From the NCBI RefSeq assembly GCF_009914755.1, contig NC_060927.1: a DNA stretch of 64,000 nt. One strand, 5' to 3'. The notes under the pieces are model-generated. The model worked only from the letters and a program-made list of their open reading frames with translations. It made no database searches and was not told the DNA's origin. The position numbers and the translations under genes were made by a program. Positions 41,336 through 59,706 of this stretch are shown here, one piece after another (position 1 is the first letter of the stretch; every line of letters begins with the position of its first letter). The stretch comes from the human T2T-CHM13v2.0 reference genome, Homo sapiens.

Positions 41336-42183
41336 CCAACTGATATTTTAACATTTTATTCTTCCAGAGGGTGTTTGTATTATAATGGTAGAAAAGAAAA
41401 ACTACTGCATCTCTAATGTGGGACTTCTGAAGTAGAAGGACATTATGTTTCTTCTCCATTGACAGTGCCATTTGACTCTGCTGTTTTAATTCCAAGGACA
41501 ATTTGACCAGATCACTGGGAAACAGTAGATTTTTGAGAAATAATCGACTGATCCTGGCTAATGTTGTTCACACATAAAATATATCGCAAAGGCACAAACC
41601 TGGTTGGCGAATGACATCTTTTTAGTGATATTGAAAACTAAAAATTGACATGAAAAATTAGATTCATAGAAGTTATCAGCACAATATAAATTTCCAGAAA
41701 TGAGACCTTTTACTTCGTATTTTATATCTGTCTCTGTCCAATGCGATCCAGATAAAATTGGAATTATTAAAAATGAGGGCGACAAAACAAAATTCAAAGT
41801 GGCAAAAATATAATCAGTAGTTTCATATGGACAATAACTTGAATGATGAATCAAACCTTTTTTGGAAATTGTACGCAAAGGAGAACTGATCCCAGTGAAA
41901 ATAATTTTGGTAAAATAAAAATGGAAGTACAAAGCAAACATTGAAATGGTTTCACTGCAGTGTAGAGAAAATTGATCAAGGATTTAAATGATAATAGCAT
42001 TTGCCCTGGAAAATATGTATAAGTCCTTTCAGGATGAAAATTTAAAAATCTGAATGTCATTCTAATTACAATATCTTATTTATAAATACTGAGAAAAAAC
42101 ATTCTCAGTGTCAAATACTGGAACACAATCCTGCTGTATTTAAAATACCATAGCAGAGAGGTGGCTGAGTTTGTTGGTTTTCC

Positions 42184-42480
42184 TTTTTTTTTTTTTTTTG
42201 AGACAGAGTCTTGATCTTGTCGCCCAGGCTGGAGTGCATTTGCATGATCTCGGCTCACTGCAACCTCCACCTCCTAGGTTCAAGTGATTCTCCTCCGTTA
42301 GCCTCCTGAGTAGCTGGGATTACAGGCGCCCACTACCACGCCCAGCTAATTTTTGTATTTTTAGTAGAGACAGTGTTTCTTCATGTTGCCAGGCTGGTCT
42401 CGAACTCCTGAGCTCAAGTGATCCACCCGCCTTGGCATCCCAAAGTGCTGGGATTACAAGTGTGAGCCACCACACAGGAC
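42184..42480 (-). mobile_element. AluS
   Basis: Full reverse dimer. Confidence 0.95.
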
Positions 42481-42854
42481 AAAGTTAGTTGATTTTTCTA
42501 CCCAGAATCCATTCCTCCTTTTTTGTTCAAGTATCCACTGCCAATATCCTATGTTACACATCATTTTTAATCAATTAATTCATGTAAATATTCTGAGGTA
42601 TTTAGTTTGAACCTCAAACTTAATTTGGCATTGAAACTTAAAAACAAGAAACAAAAATTTATTGATCATCTACTATTTGCTTCTACTTTGTTAGCAGTTG
42701 TGGGCATTCATCCAAGAAGATCAAATCCTTGATTTCAGTGAACTGAAAATCAAGTTGGGAAACAGAGACACATAATGGCATAATTGAGAATGCAAGAGAA
42801 CATCTGATAGGTAACAAATGAGCAGCAATTCAGAGTTGTGAGAACACACTTTCT

Positions 42855-43181
<327 letters not shown>

Positions 43182-45459
43182 TAAGCATTCAGTAAGAACA
43201 TGATAAATGCCTGTTGAAGGAGTCAATGCTTGGAAATGTCTGGTTTTGAAAGTTGAATAAGATTTATATAATAGAGATAGGGAAGGATCTTGAGAACAAA
43301 GAGAAGAACAAAGTCTGAATTAAATGCTTCCTCCTTTGTGTTCTCACAGCACTTTACGTCTTTTATAGAGGCTTTCCCATTGCATGATAGACCTGCTTTG
43401 AGGGTAGCACTTTTGTGTCTTATTTACCTTTTGAACCCCAGCACATATTCCAATACCTATTTCTTAATTGGTAGTTAATAAATATTTAATAAATCAATGA
43501 AAGATTGAATGAGTTAATGAATAAATAAGAAAGCCCAAAGGTTACTCTGAGTGAGTTAACTAGTTTGGGATGGAAAGGGAACGAATCTGGAGGTTCTTGC
43601 CCATCAGTCTACACTGGACTTTATTCCACAGATAACAGAGCGCAAGATAGACTTTCACAGGGTAAGTCTGAAGTGGTAAAGTGTGCTGGTAATGACAGCA
43701 ACTCTATATGGACTGGGCTAGGTGTTTCATGTGTGTTAACTTGTTAAACCCTCATCATTCTAACGATTAGGTAATATTAACGACATTTGTGTCAACTGAA
43801 TCTGTAAGGGACCAAGGGAATTATTTAGAATCACGTAGTTAGCAAATGGCCTAACAAACACTTGAAAACTGGTGTACTTTATTTCACTTCCCAAGCCTCC
43901 TCCTATGCCACGTTCCCTCCTTGGGGATTCAATTGGTGGTGACAGGAAGCATGGATGGGACAACATTTGAATCATTACAGCTCTTATGCTTGAATATGAA
44001 AATGCAGATTTGTCATTGTGTGACTCAAGCAGAGATTCAGTGATAAACAGAGATACATTCCCCTTTCACCATGTGCTTCAAACAGTGTTTCTCCCAAGTC
44101 TGCAACCTCTTTAGGATGAATTGCTCGGAATATTGAGACAAAGAAAGTGTTCCATTTTTACTGTACGATCAAGTCTGACTTCATCTCTGTCCTCATTTAA
44201 TTATTCCCCATTAGATAACTCAAAGAGGTGTGAGGTGTTCCTCAATGAACTCTAAAGGAAAATTTCTTTTTCCTATCCTCTTCTTACCTTATTTAATTAT
44301 TTGAAGATTCGCATTTAGTATTTGACAAATGCTAACTTCTACTGTTGGCTGTTCATGATAGTAAACCCACAAATTCTTTCCATCTTTGGGAAAATGGTTC
44401 ACTGTGAATTAATTTTGATTCACTTTAGTAGCAGTGATAATACAGCATTCATTTGCTATTCCAGTAGCTATTACTTGCATCTTGACACAAATTGCTTTAT
44501 AATTCAGTCTTTATTTTCTGGTTGCCTGAAATAATATCCTCAATAGGCAAAGCCTTTTATCAAGAAATTGCTTCCAAATATTCTGTGTTCTAATGCCACT
44601 TGATATTCACTGGAGCAAGATTTTAGTGGACTCATGGAAGATTTGAAATTCAGTGTCCGTGTATTGCTGAAGTACCAAACACACTAAGTGACCTCTTTTT
44701 AAAAATTATTTTTGTTTATTATTTTTATTAAATAACAAAGTGCAGCTGAGACATCTCATAATCACCAGGCCCAAATCATGCTATTGAAGGAATTCTCCAA
44801 CTTTGGGGAAAATCTTTCTAATAAACAGGAAGAAAGGAGACAAAAGAAACCGGGCTTTCAAAGAGTCATGGTACAGAAGGACCAAGGCTGTTATCTTCCT
44901 AGGTGATCATTGACATCCCATGGAGGTTGAATTACTGGCTTAGCTGAATAAGTCTGGGAGGAGGAATCTGAAATCAAATGCCAACTCAAGAGCACAAAGA
45001 AAGAAGGTGGATGCAATTGGACAATCACATGTGAGGCAATATATGTTTGGTTTATTTGGAATTGAGAGTGACTGAATCTTTTCTTGTCATTCAGTGAGCA
45101 ATGAGTATTCTAGGAAAAACTATCCCATTTCACATGCCTGAGGATTCGGCAGAATCCTCCTCATGTAATTTCACCTTCTCATTGCATCTGTTTCTAAAGG
45201 AAAACAAGCCCTCCAATTATCTGCCATGTTTGGAGCTTGTATTTCCTATCAATCTCTAATATATTGAGGAAAACTGCTTTTCCCTTAAAAAATTATATAA
45301 TAAAGTTATGGGTAATCCTCACTGAATGTTCATCTCTGTGGCGCTTAGACTGTTAACTCCTGAGCATTTCATGTTGGACTCATCACGTTTGGAGTTGGTG
45401 AACTTGAAAGTGTTTGAATCTGGATATAGGCTCTGTTCTCTGAGACTTTGCTACTTAGC

Positions 45460-45610
45460 TTGTCCCTAGACTGGCAGCATTGATCTCCTGCAGGAGCTTG
45501 TTAGGAGTGCAAGATCTCAGGCCCCACTCCAGAACTATTGAATCCAAATCTGCTTTTTAACAGGATTCCCAGGCAAGTCATATGCACCTTAGCATTGGAG
45601 AAGTGTTGCA
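45460..45610. mobile_element. MER5A hAT MITE
   Basis: ggagcttgttaggagtgcaagatctcaggccccactccagaactattgaatc...tttttaacagg. Confidence 0.8.
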
Positions 45611-46650
45611 CTGAGGGTGGGTAGAGGAAATGTTTAAGGGAATATCCCAACTGATTGGCTGGAAGATTCAGTTGAAGAAAAGAAAGGAAAGGCAGAACTC
45701 TAGCATGGAAATGGGAAGAAAAGTTTCTCAGAAGCCAAAAAGGGACATTCCATGTCGAATATTATAGAAAGCTTAGAGAGAGTGTGTCTACAGAATCCTA
45801 CTGGATTTGGCATAAGGGAGGTTCTTGGGGCAGGGGAGGAAGCCAGGTTGTGGGAAAAATATGATCAAGAAATCGTGACCTAAGGGTTTGACTTGTTTGA
45901 GAAGTTTGATGGCTTCGGCATTGAAAAGAGGTAGAGAACAGTGTTTGAAGTTGGAATGCCGGGTAAACAGAAAGGGAAGGAGTCAGTGGCAAGGGGATAA
46001 CTGTAGATACTGACAAATATGCCTTTCAGCACTGGTGCTGGTAGAATTCATGGTGCAGTAGGGGAGAGAGCCTGTAAGTAGAGCAGGATCCATCTTCGTG
46101 GTGTAGAAAAGGGGAACTGTGGATGATGAAGAACCTAGATGAGGAATCTTATGCCAATGTGAGAGGGAGCCTTCTCAGGTTAGTAGGAAGAGAGGCCTTC
46201 GGCTGAGAATTGGTAAAAGAATCTTAAGAAGGCTTAAAAATATAATTAATGTTTGCTTTAAAAAGAAAAACTTCTAGTGATGAAGGGAATCTTTATATTC
46301 CTCTACTTGAGGTTATAAAATATCTTTAATAAGCAATACAGTTAATTGTTTCATTAGATTTCTGGGTTTTGGATTTCCACAGGTTGAGATTTATTGCTAT
46401 ATGGTTAGCATATGCCTGTGTGAGCCAGCATCTGGTGTTCCATGGATCAAAAGCAGCCCAAATTGTTCTACCTGCCAAGTATTCCCTTCTTACATCCCAA
46501 TCATCTGATTTCTGAATACCAAGTCTATTAGTTTTATAATCTTGAAACTCCTAGTCACCCTCAACTGATAGATCCAATGGCCTTTTTCCAGTTACCTTCT
46601 CCTTGCCTTTCTGTAACATTTGAGAGAATTGACAATTCCTCTTTCAATAA

Positions 46651-48282
<1,632 letters not shown>

Positions 48283-48626
48283 AAAACTGCCCTATCTTTA
48301 AACTTGCTCCTTCACTTCATTATATTGTACCACTCCAATGTACCTTCTTTTAGTCTGTTCTTTTCTGGATCCTCTTGTTTCTCTCTGTTAACCATGGATA
48401 TTTACAAATTTTTTCTCCCTTTGATTATCAAATATTGCATGCTCATCAAAGATTTAGAAAGTAAAGGAAGTGAAGAAATAATAATGTTAAAAGCACTAAT
48501 TTTGAGTACGGTATCTATTGTGTGATAGTTAGATGGTAGTAGATAATTGGGAGAACAGGCTAGAAGCTAGGCTGCCTGCCCCTGAATTCTATTTCTACCA
48601 CCTTATACTTGCATGGTCTTGGATAG

Positions 48627-49177
48627 TGTTTCAACCCGTGAAGAATTCACAAGATTCAGTAGCAGTCTGCACTAGAATTTTCTGTAGGAAGGGATACAGA
48701 GCAAAAGCATCAGGAAAAAGATGTGCATCTTTAGAGTCTGGAGAGGTCAGGCACAGGCTTCCACAGTTCTTTATCATCCAAGGCTGCACAACAGTGATCT
48801 CTCTGGCAGGAAAATTCAGAGACATGGGTGAAATGTTTCTGCCCAGGGAAGACTCTTTGAGTCTCAGGGTCCAAGGTCTTTCTACAGAGGCTGTTAGCAT
48901 AGAAACAACCTGCTACACAATCTACCATGGCAACCAAAATCCAGGACCCAACAGTGAAACCAGGTGCACATCATCAATCTTGACGTTAGTGCAAGGCACT
49001 TGATGAGCAAGTAAGACATGGTCCATTGATTCAGATGTATATAACAAAATTATCAATCATAACATGAAGAACTCTCTCAGGGCCACATTCCTAAGGGTGA
49101 CCAAGGGCCAATCATGGTTCCTTTGGAGAGAGCAAGGAGTAAGCCACCAGACCTGCTGTGTTCACTCTTTCCTCTCA
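48627..49177 (-). mobile_element. MER21/MER77-family ERV LTR inserted in a MIR
   Basis: tttctgcccagggaagactc...ctcagggtccaagg...ccagacctgctgtgttcactctttcc; MIR halves on either side. Confidence 0.6.
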
Positions 49178-50034
49178 AGTAGCCTCTCTAAAGCCTTACT
49201 TCTACCTAAAATGGGAAGATAAGTGTACTTTTTTCATTGGGTTGTTGTGAGAAGTGAGATTATACAGGTAAAGCTTTCAGCATTATTTTTGGTTCATAGT
49301 TTTTGCTCAATAACTATTAACTATTATTAATATTATGCATTTTCCTCCTCTGTGACATAAGGATAATAGTACCTGTTTCATTGGTTAATGCAAGAATAAA
49401 ATATAGTTCTGGTATATAGAAAGTTGATTCAAGGCTAGGCCCAAAACAGGAGCTAAAATTCCCAGTAATTTTGCTGCCTCCTATAACCCTATTATCTAGA
49501 AGAAAACACGATAAATATTTTGTTATATATGCCTTCCACTCAACATATGAACAATTAACTTACATGCTTTTTCAATAAAACAGTGAAAACATTAACACCT
49601 TTTTCAAAGCAGACATACACAATTGTCTTCTAAATGGGTGATGGCAGCAGAATCTGTGGAAACTGCAATGTCTGAAGTGCCTGGGAGGCCACAGCCAATG
49701 CTGGAAAGTATACAGCTGTTGCAGCCACGTGAAGCAGGACCATCACTCAGCCTCCTCTTCCTCCCTGTGGCTGTGCATGTTTCTAAAATTAGGACTTGTG
49801 AACAGGTGCTCCCTTCACTTTCCCTCTGTCATCCATCAAATGTTTTTTTCTGCATAGAAAACACAATTCCAGGCACTGTGGAACAAGAGCTGCAGAGTCC
49901 TGCTCGTTATGGAGATTGTGAAATGCGGCAATGACTGGAAAATGTCAGTAGCTCAGGCAGGCCTCTGGCTTTGTGAGTAATAGAAGCCTCTCAACCTTGG
50001 AGTCCACTGGGAGGTTGTCAGTCAAAGCACTTAC

Positions 50035-50139
50035 CAGGGCATGCTCAGTGCAAACGCCCTCAGAACAATACTTTCTTGGTGACCAAGATTTTAGTGCTGA
50101 GAATGCACATGGCCGCCTTCTAAAGGAAGAATTCTTCTC
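50035..50139 (-). other. Candidate 105-bp exon (gene unknown, possibly lncRNA)
   Basis: Acceptor tgtgttactctgtcttccctag|G and donor CTG|GTAAGT, in apparently unique DNA. Confidence 0.35.
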
Positions 50140-50672
50140 CTAGGGAAGACAGAGTAACACAGCTGTTGATAGGCTCGCCGTTGTCTGTGGTTCACTAGGT
50201 ATCAGCAGTCTCCTTTTGTTTGTTTGCTCCATGAATGAACACAATTTTTTTAGCTCACCTCTTCCCCAAGCCGAATCATTAATTATTGCTAATATTAATT
50301 TGAAAAGCCAGAAGAAAAATAGTTAGCTTCTTTGTGACCTTTAACAATGTGTCTCCTGCTTTTGCCTTATTTCATATGAGAACACTTGTTTTGACTTAGG
50401 TACCTTTAAATTGCATATGGTGTTTTTGGAATTTACCTATTGGATAAAACTGGAAATGAGTGAATGACTCTGGTTTTTTACTTCACAGTTTTTCTCTCAC
50501 GTAGTTGAAGTGATACTGTATTCAGTATTTTAAAATTATTTCCCATTACTTCCAGTCCCAATCTTGATAACGGTTCACAAGTAGTTTTCCATGTCATTAA
50601 AATTTTCTCTTAAATATTTAGGTGATTTTGTTGGAGCACAGCAGGGATTCCTTGTACCCATGTAGTATCCTC

Positions 50673-50922
50673 TTTTTTTTTTTGAGACAGAGTCTCACTC
50701 TGTCCCCAGGCTGGAGTACATTGTCATGATCTGGGCTCACTGCAACCTCCACCTACCGGGTTCAGGTGCCTGCCACCACACCTGGCTAATTTTTGTATTT
50801 TTAGTAGAGACGAGGTTTCGCCATGTTGGCCAGGCTGGTCTCGAACTCCTGACCTCAGGTGATCCACCTGCCTCAGCCTCTCAAAGTGCTGGGATGACAG
50901 GCGTGAGCCACCGCGCCCAGCC
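50673..50922 (-). mobile_element. AluS with ~40-bp internal deletion
   Basis: gggttca joined to ggtgcctgccacc; the agcgattctcc...gggatta segment is missing. Confidence 0.9.
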
Positions 50923-51239
50923 CCGTATCTTCTTGATACCAAAAAAGGCCTTCCAGCTTTTATACCACAATCCACAGGAAGAAATACATCATACATTGTG
51001 ATCCCGTACACACAAACTGACACATACACATTGCTGAAACAGAAGTTTCATGAGATAGTACTTCCCCTTTCTACATGATATGCACTCTGCTATATTCTTT
51101 TTTATTCATTTTTTGAATTTAAAAATGTTGGTCAAATATACCAGGTGAAATGAGTTATTACTCAATGTTTTTGAGCTTCCAAACTGGGGCAAAAGAGAGT
51201 CCATACCTCTCTGCCTTTTCTTTTTTCCCACACTCCATC

Positions 51240-51660
51240 TGTCTTGGTCGGTTTTCCCTGAAAACGAGCCTGATGTAAGGATTGGGATGCAGGTTGTTTA
51301 TATGGAAGGTGATTCCAGGAAACAGAAGTGCAGAAGTGAGAACAGGGAAGAAATGGGAAAGAAGGAAAAACTAAAACAAAGTGTGTTATTGTACAAGTTG
51401 CCATTGGGCAACTGGGGCTCAATCCTACTGGGGAACTTCTGGGGACGTTGGGTAGAATGGTGTTTCCAAAGGATGGGAGGCTGGGAGGTTTATTCACCGA
51501 GTCTTGTTTTCCCCATTGGTTGAGGTATCCAACCCACTCCCTAACGTGGCTGCAGAGAAATGGAGAGATGAAAGGTGGGCCCTGCTTCAGACTATCATCA
51601 TGAATGGAAGCCTCTACTTAGGCTCCACAGCACCATAAGCAAGCCAAGAGCACATGATGT
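51240..51660 (-). mobile_element. LTR16-like ERVL LTR
   Basis: tgtcttggtcggttttccctgaaaacgagcctga...aggtgattccaggaa...gggcaactggggctcaatcctactgggga. Confidence 0.65.
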
Positions 51661-51837
51661 GGAGCACAAAGGGCAGCTGCTGCTTCCTCTGAGCAGGAAG
51701 GGGTGGACTCCAAGATTCCCTACCCAGTATATCATATCTTCCTCTTACCTAGACAGGCAATCCTGAGGCCTCATTTCCATGGCAGAGAGAAACAACTTGA
51801 AGAATTGACTCTGCTAGGATTGGCCCTTAACATATTA

Positions 51838-52179
<342 letters not shown>

Positions 52180-52633
52180 TCAACAAAGCTATTTTCCTGC
52201 TGTAGATTCAGACAGAAATCTAATTCCAGCTGAGGGTAGAAATGTCTTCTAGATTGGGGGTACCCCTCCATTCCACTTATGCCCATTGTTGCCTCAGTGA
52301 GTGGGGGGATTTGAAAATATGTAAATAACTCTAAACCTAGTTCCAAAATGTTATCTCTCTTGCTTTAATTGTGACTTCTGTGTATTTGTAAAATAAGATG
52401 GATATATCATAATTTATTTAACTACTTTCCTAATGTTGGACATTTAGTTTGTTTTCATTTTTTTGGTATCATACGTAATGTTATAGTAAACATCATTGTG
52501 CATAATTCTTTGTTTGGGTTTCATTTTACCAAGATAGACACCTCAGGGTGAAAATAGAGAGCTAAAGAGTATAAAAGCTATAAAAACTTTTAATCTATGT
52601 TGACCAATTGCTCTATAAAATGTGTAGATATAA

Positions 52634-52986
<353 letters not shown>

Positions 52987-53079
52987 CTCAAAAACATTTT
53001 TTAAAAAATTCTCAATGTTGAAAAATTTAAAAACATAAAAAAGCGTAAATCATCATCATAATAAATAACCCATAATCCT

Positions 53080-53428
<349 letters not shown>

Positions 53429-53599
53429 CTATCAACATTTTAATGTATTACATAGCCGTATTCATTCATATATAATGTATATGTCTAATTTAAGAACAAA
53501 ATAGACATACCACATATAGAGTTTCATATTCTTTCTGATTTAATATTATATTCTATTTTTTAGAAAGATAATTTTAAATGGTTGCAAAATGTTTCATCT

Positions 53600-54040
53600 G
53601 TGTCAGTTAGGAATTGTGTTTGGCTGCTATTAACAGAGTTTGACTAGCATAAGCATATAATGGTTTATTATTTTTTTCTCATATAATGAGACATCTGGAA
53701 GGAGGCAGTTGTTGGCTTTGTTACAGTGGTTCAAGAATGTCAGAATTGCAGTCACTACAATTCTCCTGGCTTTTCTCTCATGGTCCCCAAATGACTGCTG
53801 GAGTTTCAGCCATCATATCAGTGATCAAGGCAGCTGGATCCAGGCAGTAATCCAGACACTTGGAAGTCCCACCCAAGGACTTCTGCTCTTATCTCATTGG
53901 TCATCTTTGTCTGAAAGGAAAGCTGTGAAATACAGTATTATTAATAAGCACGTTGCTGGCTCCAGTAATATAGAGTCTTGTTAACAACAAAGAAGAGGAG
54001 AATGGAGATTGAGCAACCAGGAAGCAGTCTCAGCCACACC
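53600..54040 (-). mobile_element. Old MLT1 (J/K) LTR
   Basis: tgtgtcagttaggaattgtgtttggctgc...gagcaaccag...cagccaca. Confidence 0.6.
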
Positions 54041-55405
54041 ATCATATGGAGGTAATATATTTCTGTAACCAATTTCATATGGAGGGGTTTTAAATTTTTT
54101 CTAAAGTTCACCATTTTACCAATTAACATGATCAGCATCTCTGCACAAATATCTTTGCATCTTTTATTATTTCCTTATGATAAATTCCCAGATGGAATTA
54201 ATAAATCAAATCATAGATTGCAAAGTTGCTTTCCAGAAAGGTTCTACCAATTTACATTCTCACCAGCAACATATAAAACTGTTGGGCAGTCTTTCTGAGA
54301 GTCATTTATTGAACACTTACTTTCTGTCCAACTCCAGATGGTCCCTTGTGATTCTTTTTTGAATATTAATATCATTCACAAATACTAGAAAATGCAATCA
54401 ATCCTTAAATAGAATATGTCAAAATGGCAATTTCTGAGCACTATGCCTTTTATTTAAATAAATATGCACCAAAAAATATTTCTCAGAGAATGAGTCTGCA
54501 AGGCGACAGGCACATTTTGGATTTGTATTTTCTTTTATTCTGATATTTGAAGAAGTCAGTCCCTGAGATGGTTTTGATACCAATAATGACAGGGGGCCAC
54601 AGGAGAAAAGATGGCAAGAAAGACCTATCAGAGAACCCAATAACATACCTAAATCAATTTAAGATCTTTAAAGTTTAATATTAGAAGCTATTATGGAAGT
54701 CACGAATCTTAACACAACTATAGCTATTCTGCAAACCAATGCAATTTTAGCAAAGTTTGGAAGCCCCATCTATTGAGTTGCATTTTAATGGAACTAATGT
54801 TAATGGAAATAATGTATGGCTAAATCATGGAGCTGGATTCCTCCACAGTTCCAAGCAAGAGTCAAATTTTGAGATAGTTAGAGGTGTATACAGTTAATAT
54901 GTTCTTGAAAATTTATACTTTAAATAAATTTCTGGTAAATTAAATAGAAAATTTCAGTATATTTGTGGAACTCAACTGAAAATAACTCACAGTAGCCCCT
55001 GTTCAGTTAATGTAGTAGAATTAAAGAGTGATAGCAGGAAATGCTTTAGTAAAGAAGACCACTTTTTACACAAGAATAATCACCTGATAATTTGTATCTT
55101 ATGAGTTTGGTTCTGGACATCAAGTTTCTTTAAAACCAAGCAGGGCTTTAAGTTCTGTCAAAATTTCAATGAGCATTAGCTTTCTTTGCCCAATCAAAGA
55201 TGAAAACCACTGGAAAAAGTTATCATTGCATGCATGTTTTTGGAATTTAGATTCTGTGTTACTGCATAGTGTTGCGCATGGCCATCTGGGTCCCCAGAAC
55301 ATCATCACACACACAACTTTTTTATGTGGAATGTAGCTTGACACTCTAGAGCAGATTTTACAGATCAAGTCTCCAGCCCAGAGAGCAGGGGCCATCACTC
55401 ATTCA

Positions 55406-56207
<802 letters not shown>

Positions 56208-57029
56208 CCTGCATAGAGTAGGAGGTCTATAAATACTTGTTTTACTATGGTACAACCCAAATACAGTTTATCTCCAAGTGATACAATTATTTGTGACTTT
56301 TATTCATTTTTGCTTTTCTGTATTTTGTTAATTTCCCTCAAAGGTATATCTGGAGTATTTGTAATTAGGTAAAATAAAACAACTGTTTTTTCTTATGGCT
56401 GTACACATAGCTGCACGTTTGGAATATTCAAGATTATGGTTCCTGGAAAATTTTTGCTGACTCTTTGAAGTAGAAGAGGTAGACTACATTGTATCATAGT
56501 GAATTGAGCATTTTTATTAAATATATTTAGACCTTTGATATTTTATATTTTACATTAAATGTAACCCTTGAATTCAACTTTTGTTTCTAAGTATATATTA
56601 GGTAATAGAGACTGAAAGGAAATTAGTAAATGAATCAATCAATTGAACTGTGATTCCCTGCTTGAAGTAGGTCTTTGAGTTCTTTAAAACTGTCAGTGGA
56701 TGACAATAATATGTAAATTCTATGGTCTTGTATTTTTTACTAACACTTTATTTATATAATTAACAATTCAGAATGTCAGATTAGTTGTTTCAGTATTTGA
56801 GATTCTTCTGTTAAGTATTTACTTTTATCAATGTCTAAGAAAATTATATGAAAAAATCTGATAGATTCTCTTATTAAACTGAACAACTGCATATGGTTTA
56901 AACATTTTTGATGGCTTAGTTATAATATATTTAAATTCAGCTAAAATGGAATGAGCTTATATATGCAATCATGGTGTGATGTAAATTCCTCTATCATTTT
57001 GTCACTACTCATTATTTCATTTTAATTTA

Positions 57030-57290
57030 TTATTATTATTAGCTAACATTTGTTGTATGTTTACTATATACCAAGCAGCATGCAGTTGTTTTCATATAAC
57101 AACTCATGTAGTTCTTATAATATTTCTATGATATATATTATTATCTCTGCCTTAAGAAACTGAAGCGCAAAGATAGAAATGACTCATCCAATATTACACA
57201 GCTAGTTGTTGAAATGGCAATGTCAGAATTTGGACCCAAGTCCACACATACCCTAATTCATATTTTAATCACTATGTTCTACTATCTCCC
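57030..57290 (-). mobile_element. MIR
   Basis: agctaacatttgttg...aagaaactgaagc...tacacagctagt. Confidence 0.65.
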
Positions 57291-57559
57291 AAGTGATTTT
57301 ATATGTCTGTTTTACCACTAAGCTCATTAATAGCAAGGATTATGTCTTTCTCTGCAGCTCTGGTGCCTGGCCCACAGGAAGTTTTCACTAAATATTGAAA
57401 TAAACTGAACTTAGATTAAACTTTGGTGTCTAACTTAGGAAAAACAACAAGAGTTCTACAAAACTATTTCTTCACAGGTAATTTGCAGTTGTAGCTTACC
57501 TGATGTTTTTCCTGCTTTAAGCTAGTTTAAGAACTTATTTCCTAACCCTATAGGGACGT

Positions 57560-58180
<621 letters not shown>

Positions 58181-58285
58181 GGAGACTTCAGCTTCAAGTT
58201 TACCCTTCAGTACCTGCTCTGGGGTAATCAACTGGACTCTTTAAGCATTTCTCCTCAACAGAGAGCACGACGTTAATTAACCTTT

Positions 58286-58302
58286 GTCAGTAGAGGGCAC
58301 TG
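58286..58302 (+). promoter_or_regulatory. Candidate LTR-derived CTCF motif
   Basis: GTCAGTAGAGGGCACTG versus core CCASYAGRKGGCRS (1 mismatch). Confidence 0.45.
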
Positions 58303-58745
58303 GAGGGACATTGCAGGAGAAATGGGGGCAATTTCTAGTTCTGGTAAGCTGCACTTTGCTTTTACTTGCTCTACTGCATAGCCTGTCAGTGGGGCAATGG
58401 CTGGGGTGGGAGTGGAGGCAGTAGAAGGACAGTGGTGGAGCCAGGAGGTACCTGAGTGTTTGGCCCCTCAGCAAAATCCAATTCCCAGCCTAGGCCTAGT
58501 GACCAGCTTGCTGTGAGCCTCCTGCTGGGTACACTAAGTGGCTCCAGGTGGGTCCCTGACCATCTCTATGTACCTGTGTGCCTGAGGGTTTTTTTCCTGC
58601 TATGGCAAACTTTGGCCCAGGGAACCCAGCAAATGTTGGGCTATCCAATAGGCTGCAACCACACCTTCTTCAACTAGGTTTTAACCTCATTAGGAAGGTG
58701 GGGGTTTCCCTTCCAGGTCTGTGCTGCCTTGAGCACTCTCCCTAG

Positions 58746-59294
<549 letters not shown>

Positions 59295-59706
59295 CTTTAG
59301 AGTTCTCTTTACATCTTTATGTTATTGTATCATAGCTTAATAATTTAATAGTAAATCTCCTCATTTTAATTACTGCATGGTCTCTGTGTCCAGACTGATA
59401 CTACCTCTAACGATGATACAAAAATACCTACACAGCATTACTTGCAATTGAAAAGGTATATAAACAACCTAAAATCCCTGGCATGGAGATTGGTTTAATA
59501 AACTATGATATCAACACAATGGAGTGCTCTGCAGCTAGGGAAATGAATTAGGAGATCTCTATGAACTGATATGGAGTGATTTGCAGGGTATGTGATCAAG
59601 TAAAAAAACCAAAATACAAAAGCGTATATGTGGTATGCCATATGAGTAAGAAAGCTTATTTCTTAAAGAAAAACAAACAAACCAAAAAACCAAAAAACAC
59701 AGGAAT

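Noticed and set aside
41925-41955. KPFQCLLC zinc-finger-like peptide on the minus strand
   Set aside because: No downstream His pair and no further fingers.
48533-49003. 156-aa ORF
   Set aside because: Spans a MIR/LTR junction; no protein resemblance.
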